From Planctomycetota bacterium (GTDB taxonomy: Bacteria; Planctomycetota; UBA1135; UBA2386): a stretch of 64,000 nt of DNA. Made by a program: the position numbers and the translations under genes. The notes beneath the pieces are model-generated. The model was not told where the DNA came from. It saw nothing but the letters and a program-made list of their open reading frames with translations, and made no database searches. The stretch covers positions 11,746 to 75,745 of the forward strand of contig CANMWZ010000003.1 in NCBI GenBank assembly GCA_947501605.1, given 5' to 3'. Shown here one piece after another: positions 54,835 to 61,885 of the stretch (position 1 is the stretch's first letter; each line of letters begins with the position of its first letter).

Positions 54835-55269
54835 ATGATCAAGCGCCTGCTCGCGGTTCCTCTGTTCCTACTGTTGGGCGCCTGTGGCATTGCCCGCATG
54901 GAGACGAATGAACCCCTCGACGCGACCCTTGTTCGGACACTGCAACCAGGAGTGACGACCGCGCGCGAGGTCGTCGAGAAACTCGGCGCCCCCACGGAGG
55001 TCGTTCAACTCGGACGCCGTTCCGCCTACCGCTACGACGCTTCCAGCGCCAAGTCAGCGGGACTGATCCTGCTGGTGTTCAACATGTTCGCGCAGGACAT
55101 GCGCACGGACCGCCTCTGGGTGTTCTTCGATGAGAAGGACCTGTTGACTCACTTCGGCGCGACCTACGGCGTACACCGGACGCAATACGCTCTCCCGTGG
55201 GAAGACGTTCAGGAACCCGAGGACAACGCCGAACGGGATGCCCAGCGTCCTGGAGTAATCGGCAAGTGA
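54835..55269 (+). CDS. Small lipoprotein (BamE/SmpA_OmlA-like fold suspected)
   Basis: Lipobox LLLGAC. LQPGVTTAREVVEKLGAPTEV resembles the BamE-type motif. Confidence 0.5.
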   Translation: MIKRLLAVPLFLLLGACGIARMETNEPLDATLVRTLQPGVTTAREVVEKLGAPTEVVQLGRRSAYRYDASSAKSAGLILLVFNMFAQDMRTDRLWVFFDEKDLLTHFGATYGVHRTQYALPWEDVQEPEDNAERDAQRPGVIGK

Positions 55270-55700
55270 GGCCATGGCTCATTGCCGCCGCTGCGGGTCT
55301 CTGCTGCCCGAGTTGTGTGCAGCTCACCTACATGGTGCGGTCGGTGGACAGCCCGGTATCGATCCCCGCCCTGGAGTCCCTCCGTCCCGGCGTGGACGAT
55401 CTGACCGTGTGCCTTCAGCGACTCGGAGCCCCGCACCATGTGTTCGAGTACCGAGTCGACGGCATGGCGCTCCTCTGGCACTACGTCGATGGCTCAGGTT
55501 GGGGCGCGAGCGTCAGCTACAACCCGGTTCGACAAGCGCCCGGCACGAGCTTCAACATGGAACTCGACGATTCCGACATGCCAGGTGCCGTGCTGTGGTT
55601 TGACGCCGATCTCAAGCTGCTGGAGTGGCGCCAAGGCATGATGCGCGATCTGACTGTCGGCCTGCGGCGACGGCCGGCCGACCGCGATCAGCTGCAATGA
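55266..55700 (+). CDS. Paralogous small lipoprotein-like protein
   Basis: GTG 55266 overlaps the upstream stop (GTGA). LRPGVDDLTVCLQRLGAPHHV parallels the upstream gene's LQPGVTTAREVVEKLGAPTEV. Confidence 0.45.
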   Translation: MRPWLIAAAAGLCCPSCVQLTYMVRSVDSPVSIPALESLRPGVDDLTVCLQRLGAPHHVFEYRVDGMALLWHYVDGSGWGASVSYNPVRQAPGTSFNMELDDSDMPGAVLWFDADLKLLEWRQGMMRDLTVGLRRRPADRDQLQ

Positions 55701-55731
55701 GTAGGTGTAGCGACGGAGATTGCGCCCGAAC

Positions 55732-56631
55732 TCAGAACTGGACGAACTGCAGCAAGTCCTGGTAACGACGCTCGACAGTTGCGCGATCGGTCGCGGCCAG
55801 TCGCTCGACGCCCAGCGCCTCCACTGTGAGGCTTGCCGTCACTGTGCCGTAGGCAACAGCTCGCTTCATGTTCCACAGGCTGATCGAGTCGCAGCTCGCG
55901 AGGTAGCCCATGAAGCCGCCGGCAAAGCTGTCCCCAGCACCGGTCGGATCGATGACTTTCTCGGTTGGGTAGGCCGGCAGCGCGTAGTGGAAGTAGGGAC
56001 TGAACACGAAACACCCGTGCTCGCCCTTCTTCACGATCACCAAGGACGGCCCCATCGCGAGCACGGCCTTGCCAGCCTTGATCAGGTTGCTCTCACCTGT
56101 CAGCTGCTTCACTTCCTGGTCATTCACGATCAAGCCGTTGATGCGCTTCAACAGGGCGCCGAGGCCGTCGCGATCGCGTTCGATCCAGAGATCCATGGTG
56201 TCTGCGACGACGAATTCGGCGCGGTCGACCTGCCCGAGCACGGACATCTGCGTCTGCGGGGAACCATTGGCGAGGAACACAAACCTCGAGTCTCGGAACG
56301 AAGTCGGCACCTTGGGCTGAAAGTCACCGAACGTGTTGAGCTGCACGTCCAGAGTCGTCCGCGAGTTCATGTCGGCTGAGTAGCGACCGTGCCACGCGAA
56401 AGTCTTCCCCGCCTTCTGCTCCAGGCCTTCGAGGTCGATCCCGCGAGACTCCAAGAGGCGCCGGTGCTCGGCCGGAAAATCCTGTCCGACGACGCTGACG
56501 AGACGCACGGACGTGAACATCCGCGCTGCCAGGGCGAAGTAGGTCGAGGAGCCGCCGAGACAACGGGTCGCGGTGCCGTGCGGGGTCTCGATGGTGTCGA
56601 ACGCAGTAGAGCCGACGACGAGCAAGTTCAT
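55732..56631 (-). CDS. PfkB-family carbohydrate kinase
   Basis: MNLLVVGSTAFDTIETP..., GEHGCFV and the C-terminal DPTGAGDSFAGGFMGYL (PfkB signature 2). Start at the internal ATG 56631. Confidence 0.85.
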   Translation of the reverse strand: MNLLVVGSTAFDTIETPHGTATRCLGGSSTYFALAARMFTSVRLVSVVGQDFPAEHRRLLESRGIDLEGLEQKAGKTFAWHGRYSADMNSRTTLDVQLNTFGDFQPKVPTSFRDSRFVFLANGSPQTQMSVLGQVDRAEFVVADTMDLWIERDRDGLGALLKRINGLIVNDQEVKQLTGESNLIKAGKAVLAMGPSLVIVKKGEHGCFVFSPYFHYALPAYPTEKVIDPTGAGDSFAGGFMGYLASCDSISLWNMKRAVAYGTVTASLTVEALGVERLAATDRATVERRYQDLLQFVQF

Positions 56632-56721
56632 GCGGGCGGAGAGCATCCCCGCCCGCCAGGAGGATGACAAGACCTACTACGTGCCCACTCCCCCACCGCG
56701 AAGCACTCGTGTCGAGCCCCC

Positions 56722-57936
56722 TCAAGATTGCGGCGGACCACTATCCGCAGCGTTCAAGGCCGCTTCCTCCGCAATGTCCTCTTTCGTGATCCGGTTGCGC
56801 TCGAACAAGACGAGCACGCCGCCCAAGAGCGACCAGATCGTGGTGTGCAGGCGATAGAGAACGGACAGTGCGAACGCGCGTGTTCCCATGATGCGCGCTG
56901 CATCTGCGGCCGACGCGATCCCCGTGACGTAACCGGCGCCGTAGGTCGCGAACAACTTTTGGTACAGCCACTCCCCAAGGCCCCAGCCGTTCGGCATCAA
57001 CGGCACGACGCTAACGATGTTGATTACCGGAATGAGGACGAAGTACTCGGTCCATGGCATCCCGATACCGAGCGCGTCACCGACGAGCACGACGCTCATG
57101 ACCGAGACCACGTGGTTCCCGACACCCGCAAGAATGCTGAAGAAGATGACTCGCTTGTGACCCCGATAGAAGAAGACCGCTTGGTCGAACATCTTGAGCA
57201 GGTTGCCGACCCTGGCGGGCAACCGGTCAAGTAGCCACTTGAGGCGCACCAGCCCACGAAGGCGGCGACTGAACGCGATCGCCGCCAACACTGACAGTCC
57301 ACCGATGACGCTCCAGATCGCGATCGCGATGTCCGCGAATCGCTCGATCGCGAAAAGCACGACGAGGGCACCGAGAATTGCAAGTGACGTCAGGCCTAGC
57401 ACGCGATCCACGATCACCGAAACCAGCGCCGGCACTCGTTGCCCTGGGCAGCGCTTCATGATGTAGAGCGCCTTGATGACATCGCCCCCGGTAGAGCCGA
57501 GAAAGATGTTGTTGAAGAACACTCCGATCCAGGTGAAGCGAAGGGCCTGTCCGAGTGAGACCTCGAGTCCGTTGACGCGGAGCAGCCACCACCAGCGCGC
57601 CCCGGCGAGCATTACCGTCGCGAAGTAGCACAGAGCCGCGATTGCGAACAGCAACACGTTGATGTTGCGGCAGTAGGTCCAGAAGCCGGGTGCAAGGTCT
57701 ACTTCGCTGCCGTCGGGCTGCCGACCGGCAAGGAACTTCTGCTCGGTCCCATCAGCACGCACGACGACAACGGTCTCGTCCGTCCACTGACCTTCGATGC
57801 GAACGACTTCCGTCGACTCGACTCCGGCAACGCGGCGGACAAGGTGGTCATCCCACTGCACGCGAGAGACCACGACCACCATCAGGCCGACCACCAATGC
57901 CAGCTTGAGCAACTTGATCAGCATCGCCTTCGTCAT
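56722..57936 (-). CDS. Polytopic membrane protein, UPF0104 / lysylphosphatidylglycerol-synthase-TM (flippase-like) family
   Basis: Eight or more TM segments. GSTGGDVIKALYI and LRFTWIGVFFNNIFLG are typical of the family as I remember it. ATG 57936 overlaps the upstream stop (ATGA); a GTG at 57945 is also possible. Confidence 0.65.
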   Translation of the reverse strand: MTKAMLIKLLKLALVVGLMVVVVSRVQWDDHLVRRVAGVESTEVVRIEGQWTDETVVVVRADGTEQKFLAGRQPDGSEVDLAPGFWTYCRNINVLLFAIAALCYFATVMLAGARWWWLLRVNGLEVSLGQALRFTWIGVFFNNIFLGSTGGDVIKALYIMKRCPGQRVPALVSVIVDRVLGLTSLAILGALVVLFAIERFADIAIAIWSVIGGLSVLAAIAFSRRLRGLVRLKWLLDRLPARVGNLLKMFDQAVFFYRGHKRVIFFSILAGVGNHVVSVMSVVLVGDALGIGMPWTEYFVLIPVINIVSVVPLMPNGWGLGEWLYQKLFATYGAGYVTGIASAADAARIMGTRAFALSVLYRLHTTIWSLLGGVLVLFERNRITKEDIAEEAALNAADSGPPQS

Positions 57937-58538
57937 CGTTGCCACTCCCCCTTCGCGCGCACTTTGCTGCGGGCGATCGCGATCGTCGACTGCTCTGCGG
58001 CAACTTGACTCAACAGACGTGATGCGAATCGCACAGGATCGACGCCGAGTTGCTGCAGGGTCGCGATGCGGACCGGTGCCCCGCCCGGCGAGATGTTCAG
58101 AGCGAAGTGAATCAAGGTGCTGACTGGTGAAGCCGTGGCGATGGAAATCGACAACTTGCCGTCGTCGACGAACAGGTCGTCGCCGGCGCGGCGAACCTCA
58201 GCGGCAACTGCGAGTTCGTTCAAGAGCTCGCCGGCAGTCGCACTCAGGAGTCGCTGCCTGTGGACTGCGAGCAGCAGATCGGTGGAGGCAAAGCACTCCC
58301 ACATGAAGTGCAGCATGTCGTCTGCGGCAATGCCTGGGCCATCGAGGTCGGCAAGATCGGCGATCTCCGCGCGCTCGACGCGGCACGGCCCGCGAAACGC
58401 CACCAGGGCGTCGCCGGCGAGTCCGGTCTCCGCGAGGATCCAGTGCGCGCTCAACTGCGAGCCGTCGTAGGCAATCCGGCGGTCGATCCAGTGAGTAATC
58501 AAGGCTTGCCCTTTTGCTTCTGGAACTCGGACCACCAC
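57933..58538 (-). CDS. Conserved hypothetical cytoplasmic protein (about 190-200 aa; possibly DUF366-like, unverified)
   Basis: Coherent composition and no signal peptide. An alternative TTG start at 58502 overlaps the upstream stop as TTGA. Confidence 0.45.
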   Translation of the reverse strand: MVVRVPEAKGQALITHWIDRRIAYDGSQLSAHWILAETGLAGDALVAFRGPCRVERAEIADLADLDGPGIAADDMLHFMWECFASTDLLLAVHRQRLLSATAGELLNELAVAAEVRRAGDDLFVDDGKLSISIATASPVSTLIHFALNISPGGAPVRIATLQQLGVDPVRFASRLLSQVAAEQSTIAIARSKVRAKGEWQR

Positions 58539-59773
58539 ACTCGAATCCAGTCCTCACCGCCAAAGTCGAGGTCCTCGGCCGGTCGAGCATGCTCTCGCCG
58601 CAGACAGTGAGCGAGCGCTTCGCGCGCCGGCATCGCCACAGGGGAGTAGTAGGGATCGCCGTCCAGAGCCATCCGGACCAGGAATTCAGCCGGTGCGATA
58701 CGCTGCCAAGCTTCTCGACCTGGGAACGTACAGATCTGCACAGCTCGATCTGGATCCAGCTGCCCGCAAAGATGCACCAAGCGGAGACGCAGGGCATCGT
58801 TGTCCTCGAATGTCGGCTCGCCGGCTGCGATCTGTTCTGGGGAAGCTGCCAGCATCGCAAGGAGCACTGGCACAGAATCCGAACCGCCGGAACGATGAAG
58901 TTCTTCGATGGCGCGTATGCGCACTTCGATCAACTCAACGTTGCGGCCAGCCGCAGCGTCGATCACAGCCCACTGCAGCGCATGGTGCAAGGCCGAGCGC
59001 AGAGCCGCCTGTGCTGCGACTCGCATGTCGGGTTGCTGCTCATCGCGCACGGCATTCGATAGATCCGCGACAAGAGCAAGGCGCTGGCTCCAGTGCGGCA
59101 GTGGCCTCGCGGACAGGACTCCCAAAGCGGCACCGTAGAGCGCGCGCTCGTCCTCGCTGAGCGGACCGCCCGGAGGAGTGCGTTGCGCTGGGCGCATCGA
59201 CGTGAAGCGTTCGAGTGCCTGGGCCCCGTCCGCGGGCGGTTCGAGTTGGAGACCACGTTCCACGAGCCCCGTGAGGAGGTCGACGCCGACGACTTTGGCA
59301 ATAGCGGCAATGCTGTCGAGAGCGACGATGCGATTGAGCGGCGCGGGATCCAGTTCGGCAACGCGCACCAGCCGTTGGGCCGTGTCGGCACACCGCAGCA
59401 AGTTGCTTCCTGCCTTCTGGCCAACAACACCGATCAATTCGCGGACGTAGGATGAGGGATTCTCCAGCTCACGATCGACCCGTTCACCGAACGTCCAGAA
59501 GAGGATCGGCCTCAGCGGCAGCAGTAGGGTCCAACGGGCGATGCCCGCAGTGGACTCAACCCCGGTTCTGTAGATCAACCGCTGGTCTGGTCCGGTGCCC
59601 TCCACGACTACTGCGGAATCAAGGTCGCGAACCACCATTCCGTAGGTCAGGTTCGACACGGAACACGCGGCGATGCACAACACAATCGCCAGCACAGACG
59701 CGAACGTCAGCGACGAACGAAATCCTGAATGCAGCCGTGTTGATGGCTGCGCCTGCGCAGAGCCCGTGATCAT
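58499..59773 (-). CDS. Hypothetical lipoprotein with helical (HEAT-like) repeats (424 aa)
   Basis: ATG 59773 overlaps the upstream stop (ATGA). Lipobox VLCIAAC. Leu/Ala-rich helical repeats. Confidence 0.5.
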   Translation of the reverse strand: MITGSAQAQPSTRLHSGFRSSLTFASVLAIVLCIAACSVSNLTYGMVVRDLDSAVVVEGTGPDQRLIYRTGVESTAGIARWTLLLPLRPILFWTFGERVDRELENPSSYVRELIGVVGQKAGSNLLRCADTAQRLVRVAELDPAPLNRIVALDSIAAIAKVVGVDLLTGLVERGLQLEPPADGAQALERFTSMRPAQRTPPGGPLSEDERALYGAALGVLSARPLPHWSQRLALVADLSNAVRDEQQPDMRVAAQAALRSALHHALQWAVIDAAAGRNVELIEVRIRAIEELHRSGGSDSVPVLLAMLAASPEQIAAGEPTFEDNDALRLRLVHLCGQLDPDRAVQICTFPGREAWQRIAPAEFLVRMALDGDPYYSPVAMPAREALAHCLRREHARPAEDLDFGGEDWIRVWWSEFQKQKGKP

Positions 59774-60807
59774 CGCGCCCAATGCTCCTGCCACGAAGCC
59801 AGCATGTCCGCACGCACTGCGGCATCGAGTGCCGCAGCGACAGAACAGGGCTCCCCGTGCCCCGAGAGTTCGCGCAGCACCTCGTGCATTGCGACGAAGG
59901 CGAGTGCGTCCGGCTCGACTCCCATCGTCGGCAACAACAACACTGCCGCCTCGGCAGGTAGCAATGCCGCGGTGCGCCGAGCACCTGCGGCACGCACGGT
60001 GGGATCCGGATCCGACAGAGACATCGCACAGAACTCGGGAAGCACAGATCGATCCACCTTCGCTCGCGCAACTCCAGTGCGGCGCAGCGTGGGATCCGGA
60101 TCGGACACGGCAATCGAACACGCCCTCGCAGCGATGGACGCGTCCAGTCGGAGCAACAACTCGAGCACGTGCAGTCGATGCGCTGGTTCCTGGGCCCCGC
60201 GCAAATCAGCCAGCAGATCCCGAGTACGCACCGACCGTGCCCTGGAGCGAGTCGAAACCGCGTTCTCAACCCACGAGACGTCCTCGCTGCGCTCGCGCAC
60301 GAAGGTCGCGCCGGCCGGTGTATCTCGGAGTGACTGCAACGCCGCTTCCGCGGCAACCGCATCGCCTTCGAGCCACGTGAGCTCGGCCAATTCGAACCAG
60401 AGCCCCGGCCCGAAAGCGGTCGCGTGCGCGTCGCGTAACGCCTCCAGTTCGACGATGGCTTCCCGACGGCGACCGAGATCACGAAGCACCCCGGCGCGAG
60501 CCGCTAGCAAACCGGGGTCGTTTGACGCCCGCCGAGCGGCGACCGACAGGACCAGCAAAGCCTCGGGCAAGCGTTCTTCGGCATCGAGCAGTGCCACCAG
60601 GGCAAGTGCCACCGTAGTTGGTGTGATCGAGGTCGCCAGCTCATTACGCAACTCGGCTTCCGTGCGCGCCACGGCAGCTGGCATCTCCACACGTGTCGGC
60701 GGCATCAGACTCTCGCTACCGCCGCCGAAGGAGGACGACGGCGCGACGTCTGGCGTCGCGCAGCCTGCGAGCACGAGTCCGAGGATCGCAGTCGCCGTTC
60801 GTGGCAT
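59770..60807 (-). CDS. Lipoprotein with TPR-like and HEAT (PBS-lyase type) repeats
   Basis: Start at the internal ATG 60807. Lipobox GLVLAGC. Repeated SDPDPTLRR and SDPDPTVRAAGA HEAT signatures. Confidence 0.5.
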   Translation of the reverse strand: MPRTATAILGLVLAGCATPDVAPSSSFGGGSESLMPPTRVEMPAAVARTEAELRNELATSITPTTVALALVALLDAEERLPEALLVLSVAARRASNDPGLLAARAGVLRDLGRRREAIVELEALRDAHATAFGPGLWFELAELTWLEGDAVAAEAALQSLRDTPAGATFVRERSEDVSWVENAVSTRSRARSVRTRDLLADLRGAQEPAHRLHVLELLLRLDASIAARACSIAVSDPDPTLRRTGVARAKVDRSVLPEFCAMSLSDPDPTVRAAGARRTAALLPAEAAVLLLPTMGVEPDALAFVAMHEVLRELSGHGEPCSVAAALDAAVRADMLASWQEHWAR

Positions 60808-60880
60808 CCCCGGCAAGTTGTAGCCACGAGCCTCCACAGTGCACCCTTGTTTTCAGGCCGCGATTGGGAAAGGTGCTCGA

Positions 60881-61714
60881 ATGCGAACGCCGACGATCGA
60901 ACCCAGCATCCTGATCGCTGCCCAGAAGGTTGCGATCGACAGCGTACTGCGCGCTGCGGCGACGGCGACGACGCGCGGACGCCCTCGGAACGCACGAACT
61001 GCTCGGCGCAAGGACGTCGGCGATTTCGTGACCGCGATCGACCTCGCCTGCGAACGCATGCTCAAGAAGGAACTCGCTGCCGGCTTCCCAGAAGCAGGAT
61101 TCCTCGGCGAAGAGACTGCATCCAGAGCGCTCGAACGCGACTTCGTTTGGGTCGTGGATCCGATCGACGGCACCAGCAACTTTGCGAACCGCTTGCCGCA
61201 GTGGTCCGTCGCAGTCGCCTTGGTCCATCGAGGATCACCCGTCGTGGCCGCCATGTGGTGCGAACCGGAAGGCGCGCTCTACACCGCAATCCGCGGCTTT
61301 GGTGCCCTGCGCAACGGCACACCGTTGCCGAAGGCAACACCGCGGTGGGATGACGGCTCGATCGTCGGCTGCCAGTGGCACCGCGGACAACAGCAGATGC
61401 AGTTCCTAGCAGCCTTGCAGCGCGACGGCGCCCGGATCCGCACCTTCGGTTGCACAGTGGTGCAACTGGTCGATGTCGCCTGTGGCCGCCTCGATGGGAA
61501 TGTGCAGCAGCAGGGCCGGGTCTGGGATATTGCCGCACCGGGCTTGTTGCTTGAAGAAGTCGGCGGGCTGCTCACCGACTGGCGAGGCAAGCCGGTGTTT
61601 CCGCTCAAGACGCTCACCCAGGGACACCTTCCGACCATTGGAGCCATGCCCAAGGTACACAGCAAAATCGTCGCACGCATGCGCTCGCAGCGCGTTGTCG
61701 TTCCGTCCAGGTAA
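60881..61714 (+). CDS. Inositol monophosphatase family protein (SuhB-like)
   Basis: DFVTAIDLACE, GFLGEE and WVVDPIDGTSNF, the IMPase metal-binding motifs. Start at the internal ATG 60881. Confidence 0.88.
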   Translation: MRTPTIEPSILIAAQKVAIDSVLRAAATATTRGRPRNARTARRKDVGDFVTAIDLACERMLKKELAAGFPEAGFLGEETASRALERDFVWVVDPIDGTSNFANRLPQWSVAVALVHRGSPVVAAMWCEPEGALYTAIRGFGALRNGTPLPKATPRWDDGSIVGCQWHRGQQQMQFLAALQRDGARIRTFGCTVVQLVDVACGRLDGNVQQQGRVWDIAAPGLLLEEVGGLLTDWRGKPVFPLKTLTQGHLPTIGAMPKVHSKIVARMRSQRVVVPSR

Positions 61715-61885
61715 CATACCCGCCAGCCGGTACGACGACCGACTGGGAGCATGCGCGCCGCCGGGGATCATCAGGAAGCTTGGCCCTGCTTTTGCGTGGA
61801 TGAGTGTCAGAGGGTTGCTATCCTGCCGCCCTCGAACACTCGGCCAGCCAGGCCAACCTGGCCGGCACCCTTGGAGCAATCGATC

